Source: Rhodothermales bacterium
GTDB lineage: Bacteria > Bacteroidota > Rhodothermia > Rhodothermales > JABDKH01
Assembly: GCA_965224105.1 (NCBI GenBank)
Contig: CBDCYH010000002.1
Coordinates: 900,150-964,149, forward strand
Reading direction: 5' to 3'
Length of the DNA stretch: 64,000 bases
The position numbers were made by a program, and so were the translations under genes. This document shows, one piece after another, positions 48,801 to 57,103 of this stretch (the stretch's first letter is position 1; each line of letters starts with the position of its first letter). Under the pieces are notes generated by a model. That model was not told the origin of the DNA. It was given only the letters and a program-made list of their open reading frames with translations, and ran no database searches.

Positions 48801-49080
48801 GATGGAGCAGCCGTTGGCCTTCACGCTTCGCGCTATGCTTGTTCACAACACGTTGAACGTCGAGGAGCACAACAAAATTTTCCGGTTGGGTTCGGACGAG
48901 ACCACGTTTATCCTGGACACGCTACTGAATGGAGGGTTGGTGCACGCATCTGATATTGCGTTGGATCGGACCAAAGCCACCGACAGAAATTTCTTTGATC
49001 CCACGAAGCGCTACCGCATTCACCCACTGGTGATCCACAACATCGTGCAGTTCTTGAGGGGGCGGAATATTCTGCACTAG
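45817..49080 (+). CDS. Large (about 1087 aa) P-loop NTPase of unknown function: long alpha-helical N-terminal region plus an AAA_16/STAND-like ATPase module
   Basis: Walker A VVVGMPGSGRTS. Walker B-like IYLIDNVEH about 95 aa later. Start taken at the ATG at 45817 to avoid overlapping the upstream gene. Confidence 0.6.
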   Translation: MAEVTSDNKIVEQSDTDARASATNGSASPQQTLLAISTEMSDEVARFRSVWSEEVDTKIRTPLKELFQNALLAHADHRAELYNTTSDNFTIAALDNYITGTRADVLQPIFSFFSEKNCADVVGDAFASGLEVVKTLEGRYPSEIVVDETPDIFRPAPSDSWSTFFRKRAARLKRMFGGSKRRVRRVPIFAITQYHLHRRLPIIASPLHDDLQESLANIVGLVESTASHWIHDTLASTRQVRRRMLSQESADNPEGTEEQEEPNHPAADVFESGEAFQNRLLQLVDLCEQIRAESDKVTVKFDMAQSLFDTDLRDGGTFLLPLSDRRLRKGEYQAGEILNSKRETWHAWHSAAQDRFKLLDRLLALRATVYQLARRVLDRIDRTSLQPAHRAFAKIREGIVASKTEIESAKETATIESLQELITGQHKKLTRLFDRAIASLPGLVSRENALTEPGKEEWKAFSRFVDTLPEKLVVHPLKEDHQMVDPLLWEREIEFQHGVRGVVFDSIAAPLRQSASKLQQGLVRAWTEFEQVRHISLFNLEAAAAELSGENIDEEVEAGESEEPVDNFTAGYELAVVGADRAVAALDELVQKLENPWREFSNTVDKEFFEEWNAIHIRVRTLDQSSGRMADLNTRIDRLRERSLANLRAGWAETKLRWAVTARAVTRRINRLIRKGRTAVGAVKDDQALRAQTVEAISSVVEFKSTLPLVYRRLFSFDALEDSSLLEGRSEDIDWARNHYERWQTGHHVGLAVVVGMPGSGRTSFLNALASTTFEDVVVHKLTLSHRIEDEATLIRALTETAELSGDISTFAELENALQTLAGDLRPIYLIDNVEHLMLNCARGRELIEEFLLFLSRSDTRICWIMSIAAPAWKYLRKTAPAAAGFVVSRHLDDLGKFDYESLIMNRHRRSGMPVHFLEPATSTALARQRLRKASTDEEKQEILRENYFDRLSKLCGQNVMLGLFYWLRSADFEADAGVLTVKPIVPLYFDFLNKMEQPLAFTLRAMLVHNTLNVEEHNKIFRLGSDETTFILDTLLNGGLVHASDIALDRTKATDRNFFDPTKRYRIHPLVIHNIVQFLRGRNILH

Positions 49081-49490
49081 GTGGGTGGGCTCTCATCCCA
49101 GTGATCACCTGGCAGGTATGTACTGAAGTACCACAGTTGGCCTTCGGGATCTTCAGTGAGGTAGCCGCGGGCACCGTACTCCTCATCTTTCAACTCTTGC
49201 ACGACCTTGGCACCAGATGCAACCGCGTGATCGTAGTGGCTATCCGGATCGCTCACGTACACGCATACGCAGGAACTCCTCTGCACGGAACGACCATTAT
49301 AGTCCTTGGGTGAGCTAACGAACACGACGGCATTGCCTAGACTGAGTTCTGAGTGGGCAATGGAATCACCCGCTCCAGGAACGATCAACCTGGTCTGGAA
49401 TCCGAACGACGAGCAGAGCCACTCTATGGCTTTCTTTGCGTCTCCGTACGCGAGTGAAGCGACGACATAACATGGCGCTACTTTTGACAT
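49077..49490 (-). CDS. VOC-family (glyoxalase/bleomycin-resistance fold) protein
   Basis: 137 aa. Size and beta-alpha-beta-beta-beta pattern consistent with the VOC fold. Confidence 0.7.
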   Translation of the reverse strand: MSKVAPCYVVASLAYGDAKKAIEWLCSSFGFQTRLIVPGAGDSIAHSELSLGNAVVFVSSPKDYNGRSVQRSSCVCVYVSDPDSHYDHAVASGAKVVQELKDEEYGARGYLTEDPEGQLWYFSTYLPGDHWDESPPT

Positions 49491-49552
49491 AAGATTGCTT
49501 GTGCGGGTTATGGTACGCTACAAGCTAGCGAATGCCTGGCTATCCTGCCTGA

Positions 49553-49594
49553 TCGGGTCCGACAAAAAAGAAAGGCCCACCCGGGCAAATGTGG
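49553..49594 (-). terminator. Rho-independent terminator downstream of rpoD
   Basis: On the minus strand: AAAGGTCCACCC-loop-GGGTGGGCCTTT stem (1 mismatch) followed by CTTTTTTGTC. Confidence 0.55.
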
Positions 49595-49651
49595 GTGGAC
49601 CTTTCCTGGTCAGCATGCCTTCTTCGAACATGCTTCTATAGGTGCGTAGCC

Positions 49652-50491
49652 TCAGCCGATATGCATCTGTAGCTCTTCGCGACGGTGCTTCTGGCGGAGT
49701 TTGCGTAGCGCCTTTTCCTTTATCTGCCGTACGCGTTCGCGTGTGAGGCCGAACCGCTGTCCTATTTCCTCCAGCGTAAGAGGATGCTCACGGCCGATTC
49801 CAAAGTACAGCCGTGTGATCTCCGCTTCCCGGGGATGCAGCAGGCTTAGTGCACGCTCAATGTCGATCTTTAGCGATTCATCCATGAGCGTCTCATCCGG
49901 CGAAAGATCTTCGTCGTTGGGAAGCACATCGAGAAGGCTGTTGTCGTCATCTTCGTTGAACGGAGCGTCCATCGAAAGGTGACGGCCGGTGTGCTGCATT
50001 GCCTCTCTCACCTTGCCCACGTCTACTTCGAGCTCCTTGGCGAGCTCCTCAATGTTGGGCTGCCTTTCGTGGACCTGAGACAACTTCGCACTCGTCTTCC
50101 TGATTTTCGAAATGGTCCCGATTCTGTTAAGCGGCAACCGCACGACGCGGCTCTGCTCGGCGAGGGCCTGCAGAATCGCCTGACGAATCCACCAGACCGC
50201 GTACGAGATGAACTTGAAACCTCTCGTCTCATCAAAACGCTGGGCGGCTTTAATAAGACCGTAGTTTCCTTCATTGATCAGGTCGGCCAGAGTTAAACCC
50301 TGACCCTGATACTTCTTCGCAACCGATACCACAAATCGCAGGTTTGCGCGTGTGAGCCGGTGAAGGGCATCTTGATCGTTCTGTTTTATTCTGCGCGCAA
50401 GCTCAACTTCCTCAGCAGGTGTGAGGAGGGGGATCTGACCAATCTCCTGGAGATACTGGTCAAGCATACGTTGCTGGCGAGGGACGTACAT
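49652..50491 (-). CDS. rpoD: Primary sigma-70 factor (short Bacteroidota-type RpoD/SigA; regions 1.2-4)
   Basis: 279 aa. Regions 2.4 and 4.2 are highly conserved. Confidence 0.92.
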   Translation of the reverse strand: MYVPRQQRMLDQYLQEIGQIPLLTPAEEVELARRIKQNDQDALHRLTRANLRFVVSVAKKYQGQGLTLADLINEGNYGLIKAAQRFDETRGFKFISYAVWWIRQAILQALAEQSRVVRLPLNRIGTISKIRKTSAKLSQVHERQPNIEELAKELEVDVGKVREAMQHTGRHLSMDAPFNEDDDNSLLDVLPNDEDLSPDETLMDESLKIDIERALSLLHPREAEITRLYFGIGREHPLTLEEIGQRFGLTRERVRQIKEKALRKLRQKHRREELQMHIG

Positions 50492-50989
50492 ATAGCTAAT
50501 GCCTAAATGGACTGAATTTAATTTTACCGGTCCTAATGTGGACTACGCTCTCAGGGGCTTCGCGTTTCGAAAACGGCTCGGAATCACGCGCACCAAGGGC
50601 ATGTTGTTCCCGCAACTTCGGACCTATTTCGCAGGTTGGCGAAGTTAAACCGCTGGGCACCTTTTTTGGCCGTGCGGGGACGAACTTTGTCGCGTTGGGC
50701 GCAACATTTTTTGCACGACTGCGACAGCGATTTACTTGAGTTCGCGACCCGAAAAAATAGTGCCAGAAACCTGTTGTACTCGTCGGATGAGCGGGCACTT
50801 CGCCTCCGCTATAACTTTCTACCTCGCCGACTCGCATGTACTTCAGACTACTACTTGGTGATGGATTGGGGGCCTTGCGATCCCTGTAGTTTCTGGTACG
50901 CACAAAAGCTGGAAAGTTGTTACTTCACCCCTACTCCTTCACCACAAACCGTATCATGAAACTCGCTAACGGTTCAGGACGGTGATCCA

Positions 50990-51886
50990 ATGACAACAAC
51001 CATTCTAAACATAGGCGCACTCACCATCGAGCCGCCTCTGGTCCGAGAGCGCCCGGCCTATACCATGGGCATCCTGAATGTGACCCCGGATTCCTTCTCC
51101 GATGGCGGCCTGTACGAATCCGTTGGCGCGGCCGTTGATCGCGTCGGCGTGATGATCGAGCAGGGCGCCGACTGCATCGACATTGGCGGAGCCTCCTCCA
51201 GACCCAGGGGATCAGCGTACGGCAAAGGCGCAGCTGTCCTCTCGGCGGAAGAAGAAGCAGAACGGGTAGTCCCCAGCCTGGTGGCTATTCGCTCTACATT
51301 CCCAACCGTACCCATTTCCGTTGATACCTACCATGCTTTGGTCGCTCGGGAAGCTATCGCAGCGGGCGCCGACGCCATCAACGACATCACGGCCCTCCAA
51401 TTCGATCCAGACATGATCGATGTTGTTGCAAAATCATCCGTTCCGGTCATCCTGATGCACTCGGTGGGGTCCCCGGGAGCCATGCCGCACGAACATCTCG
51501 AGCAAGACGTCGAACATGTTGTTGCTGATTCTCTGTCCGCATCCATCAGCCAGGCTCAAGCGGCGGGCATCTCCGACATCATCGTCGATCCGGGTTTTGG
51601 GTTTGGCAAAACCGAGCGTGGCAACTTTCGACTCTTGAGGAATCTGGATTACCTCCGAAAACTTAATAGACCGATTCTTGTTGGACTATCTAGGAAAACA
51701 ATGATCGGCCAAGGCATCGGTAAACAGAGCGAGCATCCGAAGCATCGGGTCGTTGGCTCCGTCGCCGCGGCCGTACTCGCAGTTACCAACGGCGCATCAA
51801 TTGTCCGCACGCACGATGTCGCCGAAACATCCGAGGCATTACAGATTGTATACGCAACGCAGCTTGAACAGCATGAACAGGAATAG
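50990..51886 (+). CDS. folP: Dihydropteroate synthase
   Basis: 298 aa. GILNVTPDSFSDGG and pterin-binding motifs. Confidence 0.93.
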   Translation: MTTTILNIGALTIEPPLVRERPAYTMGILNVTPDSFSDGGLYESVGAAVDRVGVMIEQGADCIDIGGASSRPRGSAYGKGAAVLSAEEEAERVVPSLVAIRSTFPTVPISVDTYHALVAREAIAAGADAINDITALQFDPDMIDVVAKSSVPVILMHSVGSPGAMPHEHLEQDVEHVVADSLSASISQAQAAGISDIIVDPGFGFGKTERGNFRLLRNLDYLRKLNRPILVGLSRKTMIGQGIGKQSEHPKHRVVGSVAAAVLAVTNGASIVRTHDVAETSEALQIVYATQLEQHEQE

Positions 51887-51910
51887 GACTGAGAGACCAC
51901 CGCGTTTTGC

Positions 51911-52750
51911 ATGACCATCTTTCAATGGGTCATACCGATACGACTTCAGGATATCGCCGAGATACTCATCTTCGCGTACATCCTTTACAAGTTGTACACG
52001 TTCATGCGGGGCACCATCGCCGTACAAATCTTTCTCGGTCTCATGGCGCTCCTTGTTGCACAGCTCGTCGTATCCGCCCTCGACATGACGATGCTTGGTT
52101 CGCTGTTCGGCATCATTGGAGAAGTCTTCGTCCTCGCCATCATCATTCTTTTTCAGCCGGAAATTAGACGACTGCTACTTGTGTTGGGGCAGAACCCTCT
52201 CATACGAAGGTTTGTCCCACCCAGCGCTCATTCGCAACTCATCGACAATGTGGTTGAAGCAGTCGACGAGCTGAGCGCGAACCGCACCGGCGGACTAATT
52301 GCATTCGAACGTGGAATCGGTCTTCGCAACTACATCGAAACAGGCGTATCCATACAGGCGAAAGTCACCAAGGAGCTCCTGATTGCAATGTTCTATTCGC
52401 AAAGCCCTCTACATGACGGAGCGGTGATTATCCGAAACAAAAGAATTGCTTCAGCCAGAAGTATCCTCCCCGTCTCTGCCAACATGAAGCTCAGTCCGCA
52501 CCTTGGACTCCGGCATCGAAGCGCGGTAGGTCTCTCGGAAGTAACCGATGCCTTCGTGATCACTATATCAGAAGAAACCGGCCAGATCTCCGTGGCCGAC
52601 GCCGGAAATTTGCGAACCGGATTGTCTCTACCACAACTGCATGACCTCCTGTCCGACGCGCTAAGTCCTAACGAAGAGCAGCACGTCGATGAAAATAGTT
52701 CAATGGAACTCCCTATCTTGGAATCTCAGGCAGCCATCTCCGAAGCTTGA
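51911..52750 (+). CDS. cdaA: Diadenylate cyclase CdaA/DacA (c-di-AMP synthase)
   Basis: 279 aa. Three N-terminal TM helices. DisA_N domain with the DGA (LHDGAVII) and RHR motifs. Confidence 0.9.
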   Translation: MTIFQWVIPIRLQDIAEILIFAYILYKLYTFMRGTIAVQIFLGLMALLVAQLVVSALDMTMLGSLFGIIGEVFVLAIIILFQPEIRRLLLVLGQNPLIRRFVPPSAHSQLIDNVVEAVDELSANRTGGLIAFERGIGLRNYIETGVSIQAKVTKELLIAMFYSQSPLHDGAVIIRNKRIASARSILPVSANMKLSPHLGLRHRSAVGLSEVTDAFVITISEETGQISVADAGNLRTGLSLPQLHDLLSDALSPNEEQHVDENSSMELPILESQAAISEA

Positions 52751-52762
52751 CGTCCGAGACAA

Positions 52763-53416
52763 TTGAGCGATTGGAAATTTCAAAAAAGACGAAGCAGGTT
52801 AGTGCGCCAACTTCGGAGCAAAGGTATCTCCAACGAGCGGGTCCTCGCGGCTGTTGAGTCCGTCCCACGCCATCGCTTCGTCGATAACGGACTTGTCGCA
52901 CGCGCATATCAGGATGAAGCGCTTCCCATAGGTTTGGGCCAGACCATCTCTCAACCTTTTACCGTCGCCTATCAATCCAGCCTGTTGCAGATTGAACCTG
53001 GCGACACCGTGTTGGAAATTGGCACCGGCAGCGGCTATCAGGCCGCAATCCTTGCCGAGATGGGCGCCACCGTATACTCGATCGAGCGACTTGAACCGCT
53101 CCTGCGTCGAACCAAGGAGCTTTTGGCGGAGCTCGGATACCGGGTAATTTCGAAACTCGCAGACGGAGGAGAGGGGTGGCCCGCGTTTGCTCCGTTCGAT
53201 GCGATCATCGTCACCGCCGCTGCCATCTCGATACCCGAACCACTGCTCGAACAACTTCGCGAACCTGACGAAGACCGGACAGGTGGTGTGCTGGTAATAC
53301 CTGTTGGAGGACAGGAAGGCCAGACCATGTGGCGAATAACCTGCACCGGAAGCGGCACGTATGAGCGCGAAGAGTTGCACGGATTTCGCTTCGTGCCACT
53401 GGTTACTGAAAGCTGA
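52763..53416 (+). CDS. pcm: Protein-L-isoaspartate O-methyltransferase
   Basis: 217 aa. GQTISQP and VLEIGTGSGYQAA SAM motifs. Confidence 0.92.
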   Translation: MSDWKFQKRRSRLVRQLRSKGISNERVLAAVESVPRHRFVDNGLVARAYQDEALPIGLGQTISQPFTVAYQSSLLQIEPGDTVLEIGTGSGYQAAILAEMGATVYSIERLEPLLRRTKELLAELGYRVISKLADGGEGWPAFAPFDAIIVTAAAISIPEPLLEQLREPDEDRTGGVLVIPVGGQEGQTMWRITCTGSGTYEREELHGFRFVPLVTES

Positions 53417-54042
53417 TGTCCCTCGACGTCTGGGCTGCCTTAGTCGCGACCCTGCTCATCTTGATGCTTTCGCCCGGGCCCAGTCATCTGTTGATGCTCT
53501 CCAACTCGCTTACCCACGGATTCAGACCATCACTGGCAACCGCACTGGGAGACCTGACCGCCAACACGTTGCAGATGCTCGCCGCTGGCCTGGGTGTCGC
53601 CGCAGTCTTGCAAGCGATGCCGCGAACGTTTATCGCAATGCAGATTGTAGGAGTTTTCTACTTGCTCTTTCTCGGTGTTCGACAGCTTGCGCCACGCAAC
53701 CCACCAAACACATCAGCCGAAACGGCTAAACAATCCGGCCGCTCCCTGTTCGCCCAGGGCTTTTTGAACTCTTCTCTCAACCCACGTGTGATCATTTTTT
53801 TTGCAGCCCTTTTTCCGCAGTTCATCTCTGCAGGTGAACGTCTGGCCCCACAGTTAACCATACTCATGGTTACATTCTTAACGATCGACGCTCTGTTCCT
53901 CACTGCCTACGGAATTGCAGCAGAAAAACTGCGTAGTCGTTTTGCAGGTGGTATGCGAAAACTCCAGTTGCTGGGAGCAGGTGCGCTAATTGTAGCCGCG
54001 CTGCTACTCGCCGCAAAACTGGCAGTTAGTTTTGGGAATTAG
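53416..54042 (+). CDS. LysE/RhtB-family amino-acid exporter
   Basis: 208 aa. Six TM segments. LSPGP motif near the N-terminus. TGATG overlap with the pcm stop. Confidence 0.85.
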   Translation: MSLDVWAALVATLLILMLSPGPSHLLMLSNSLTHGFRPSLATALGDLTANTLQMLAAGLGVAAVLQAMPRTFIAMQIVGVFYLLFLGVRQLAPRNPPNTSAETAKQSGRSLFAQGFLNSSLNPRVIIFFAALFPQFISAGERLAPQLTILMVTFLTIDALFLTAYGIAAEKLRSRFAGGMRKLQLLGAGALIVAALLLAAKLAVSFGN

Positions 54043-54335
54043 TCCTCGTCGCTTGTGGACCAACTCCACTGCTCCGTGGTCAGTTCATCCACCACCCCAA
54101 CGACCGTCGCGTCGGTTGGCGTGAGATTTGGTTTGAATGGAATTGCCGCCTCGGCGGAGGTGGCATAGATAACCACATCACCTTCGCCACTATCCACTGT
54201 GTCGAGAGCGACAATGGGAGTCCCCAACTTTTTCCCCGAAAACGTTAGTGGCTGTATGATGAGATGTCTCCGGCCCTGCAGCGTCCCGTATTTCCGCGTG
54301 GCCCAGATGTTACCCACAACCTTGGCTAGCTTCAT
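54039..54335 (-). CDS. BMC vertex (pentamer) protein, EutN/CcmL/PduN family, paralog 1
   Basis: 98 aa. MKLAKVVGNIWATRK...G..L.IIQPL...G..IVALDTVDSGEGDVVIYATSAEAA...TDATVVGVVDEL matches the EutN/CcmL pattern. ATGA start/stop overlap with paralog 2. Confidence 0.8.
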   Translation of the reverse strand: MKLAKVVGNIWATRKYGTLQGRRHLIIQPLTFSGKKLGTPIVALDTVDSGEGDVVIYATSAEAAIPFKPNLTPTDATVVGVVDELTTEQWSWSTSDED

Positions 54336-54631
54336 CCGTCGTACTCCGCGAGCAGTTCTTCCATGCGGGAGTAGTCAAGCTTGTCGACGATAGCCATTAT
54401 CACCGCATCGATGGGTCGATTCCGGGTCATCTCCGTTTGCCGAGCGCTTGATCCCTGCGCGACAAGCACCGTTTCCCCTTCCCCTGCGCCAACGCTGTCC
54501 ACCGCGACGACAAATTTGGACTTTGGGGACTCGTCGAGATTAATCTCCCTTACGATCTGGAGCTTCATGCCCACCAGTTGCTCGTCCTTCCTGGTGGCCC
54601 AGACCGTGCCGATTACCTTACCCAATATCAT
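54332..54631 (-). CDS. BMC vertex (pentamer) protein, EutN/CcmL/PduN family, paralog 2
   Basis: 99 aa. MILGKVIGTVWATRKDEQLVGMKLQIVREI...VVAVDSVGAGEGETVLVAQGSSARQ...IDAVIMAIVDKL is a textbook EutN/CcmL signature. AGGA-like RBS. Confidence 0.85.
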   Translation of the reverse strand: MILGKVIGTVWATRKDEQLVGMKLQIVREINLDESPKSKFVVAVDSVGAGEGETVLVAQGSSARQTEMTRNRPIDAVIMAIVDKLDYSRMEELLAEYDG

Positions 54632-54688
54632 GCGTCCTTAAACTCGTGCGGTGTGAATTGATCACTCAGAATATACGCACGGCAACCA

Positions 54689-55858
54689 TCACAAACGGTG
54701 GTGAAACGACGTGCCCTCGCCTACGACAGGTATTCCGAAATAATCACAAACGGTTGCGGCGTGATCCGCGAACGATTGGCGGGTCCCAATATCACGGCCC
54801 TCCATGCCTGCCGCGAAATACAATACCGGTGCGTATTCACGCGTGTGATCCGTTCCGGGAAATGTCGGATCGTTACCATGGTCCGCAGTAATGCAGAGTG
54901 CCGAACCTTCCGGAAGCGCCTGCCGAATTTTCGGCAACGAAGCATCGAAATCCTCCAGTGCCTGGGCGAAACCTTGTGGATTGTTTCGGTGACCAAACTC
55001 CTGATCGAAGTCGACCAAATTTACCCAGATGAAGCAATCTCCATGTGCCGAATTGATTACCTCCAAGGTCCTGTCAATCCCGTCGGCATTGTCTAATGTC
55101 TTGACTGATTCATCAAATCCAACAGCTCCGAACAAATCTGATACCTTCCCCACGGAAATCGTGTGCACGCCGTGATCCTGAAGGCGCGATTGCAACACTT
55201 CGGAGGGCGGTAGATAAGAGAAATCTTTTCTTTCTGATGATACACGAGTGAAGGCCCCGTCCTTCTTGACAAAAGGACGCGCGATTACTCTGCCCACGGC
55301 ATGATCATCGACGCATATCTCGTCACGCGCTATGCGGCACCATTCGTAGAGTGTTTCTAATGGAACCGTCTCTTTATCAGCGGCAATTTGGAAAACGCTA
55401 TCCGCCGAGGTGTACACGATGGGCCAGCCAGTTTCTATATGCCGGTCGCCCAGTTTCTGTATGATGTCCGTTCCGGATGCCGCGACGTTTCCAAGCACGC
55501 CCTCACTTCCAATAGCCTGGCTGAATCTTGATAGTACGTCTTCGGGGAATCCGTTTGGGTATGTCGGAAATGGTCGAGACAATACTATCCCGGCCAGTTC
55601 CCAATGTCCCGTTGTGCTGTCTTTGCCGCTTGAGCGTTCTATCATCCGTCCGAAGGCGGCGGAGGGTGCCGAAGACGGTGGAGTGCCATTCAATGGCAGG
55701 ATGTTTCCAAGACCAGCCCGTGAAAGATTCGGCAAATGGGGCCTGCACCGGTCGCACACATGTGAGAGTGTGTTGCTTCCTTCATCGCCGTAGGAGACCG
55801 CATCAGGGAGAAATCCAACACCGACCCCGTCCAACACAATCGTGACGAAAAGAGCCAC
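54689..55858 (-). CDS. deoB: Phosphopentomutase
   Basis: 389 aa, GTG start. DxxG metal site (VLDGVG). SGKDSTTGHWE. IVYTSADSVFQIA. VDFD and ADHGNDPT...GTDHTRE motifs. Confidence 0.9.
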   Translation of the reverse strand: MALFVTIVLDGVGVGFLPDAVSYGDEGSNTLSHVCDRCRPHLPNLSRAGLGNILPLNGTPPSSAPSAAFGRMIERSSGKDSTTGHWELAGIVLSRPFPTYPNGFPEDVLSRFSQAIGSEGVLGNVAASGTDIIQKLGDRHIETGWPIVYTSADSVFQIAADKETVPLETLYEWCRIARDEICVDDHAVGRVIARPFVKKDGAFTRVSSERKDFSYLPPSEVLQSRLQDHGVHTISVGKVSDLFGAVGFDESVKTLDNADGIDRTLEVINSAHGDCFIWVNLVDFDQEFGHRNNPQGFAQALEDFDASLPKIRQALPEGSALCITADHGNDPTFPGTDHTREYAPVLYFAAGMEGRDIGTRQSFADHAATVCDYFGIPVVGEGTSFHHRL

Positions 55859-55864
55859 TCGCGT

Positions 55865-57103
55865 CTATTCCAGGATAGTGCAAGATCCGGTCTCAAATGC
55901 CTCGCGCAGTGCGGCTGTGGCATCGGCCCTGAATTCCTGGGGAGTTTTGTGACGATCTCGAAGCATCGCAACCCCTACGCTGATCCCGTCAAGAAAATCG
56001 TCTTCATCTTGGGGAGTCAGCACTGACTGGATGTTCAGGACCCACTCCTCTGCATCGTGCACATCACCCGGAATAAAAATACCAAACGTCAACTCTCCGA
56101 ATTGCTCGATGCGCCCGTGGTTGGTGTGGCGATACAGTCGGTCTCGTACCTCGTTCTCGCAGCGTTTCACTTCTTCGGGACCTTTCTTGGCGATCGCCTC
56201 AGCGTTGTTCAGATAAACAAGCGCGAGTGCGAGAGGTCTCTGTGTCCTGCGGGCAATAGTAATTTCGTCACCAATAATTTCCCGCCGCGGCTTTATCACA
56301 ATACTGTCTCCAGCGAGACCGTCCTGCTCAGCCTTGTGACCGAGGTATGTCGAAACGTAGTACACGGCCTGGCGCAGCATCTTCAGCTTGTAATCTGAAT
56401 CGAAGACACCCCTGTGCATGGAATCGGCGACCAGCAGATAGCGCTGCTTCTTCACGTCCACCCGTGCAACAAGCATCTCTCTTATAGCGAGACGTTCGCG
56501 ATAATATCTAACGGACTCACTGGGGTTTCTGCCGACTTCGACAATGGCGACGTTGTCCTTCGCTTCCGCAGGAAAAATGGATGACTTGGTCATGAACCTG
56601 CCTGCCGTCCGCGCATAGCTTGAACGAGACACCGTGCCCATGATACGATAGCGCGTGGGCGATCCATCCTGCAATAGAAGACAGACTGTATGCGCTTCGA
56701 GAACCGCTCGAATAGACGAAAGGCATGGAATAAGAAACGCCTCGTCAAACGGATCTCCGACTGCTTCAACCGCGAGCGTGCGAGCTGATTCCCTGGCGCG
56801 TATCGAGATAACGTCACGCCGCGAGGGCTCTGCCGCATCGGTTTCAACATCTACCGCCCGTTTCGACGATGCCCCTTCGTCTGCAGCAAGCTGGAAAGAA
56901 TCATCGTCATCCTCTCCGCCGCTTTCTTCCGAGATCGGCAGGGTTTCGTCCCGGTCCGTAGTGGCTGAAGCTTTTTCTTTCGGCCTGATCTCCAGGATGC
57001 CCAGCGAACCAAGGTCGGGACTGGGAGGGGCCTGGAGAGGAAATTCTTCAGACGCGTTGAGTTCGCGCGCCCGGGCAATTAGTGACTGGAGGAAGCCTGC
57101 CAA
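55865..57103 (-). CDS. GAF-domain protein with a degenerate (GGDEF-to-FGELTF) diguanylate-cyclase-like domain and an acidic disordered N-terminus
   Basis: 412 aa. GAF-like core at about residues 120-230. The C-terminus aligns to GGDEF (ALALVYLNN..., RIEQFGELTFGIFIPG, ISVGVAML, ADATAALREAFETG) but lacks the GG(D/E)EF catalytic residues. 6-nt gap to deoB. Confidence 0.62.
   Translation of the reverse strand: MAGFLQSLIARARELNASEEFPLQAPPSPDLGSLGILEIRPKEKASATTDRDETLPISEESGGEDDDDSFQLAADEGASSKRAVDVETDAAEPSRRDVISIRARESARTLAVEAVGDPFDEAFLIPCLSSIRAVLEAHTVCLLLQDGSPTRYRIMGTVSRSSYARTAGRFMTKSSIFPAEAKDNVAIVEVGRNPSESVRYYRERLAIREMLVARVDVKKQRYLLVADSMHRGVFDSDYKLKMLRQAVYYVSTYLGHKAEQDGLAGDSIVIKPRREIIGDEITIARRTQRPLALALVYLNNAEAIAKKGPEEVKRCENEVRDRLYRHTNHGRIEQFGELTFGIFIPGDVHDAEEWVLNIQSVLTPQDEDDFLDGISVGVAMLRDRHKTPQEFRADATAALREAFETGSCTILE

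Noticed and set aside
50496-50903. 135-aa minus-strand ORF and overlapping 107-aa plus-strand ORF in the rpoD–folP intergenic region
   Set aside because: Both are basic, low-complexity and mutually overlapping, with no motifs and no RBS. They are treated as non-coding and mentioned only in the findings.
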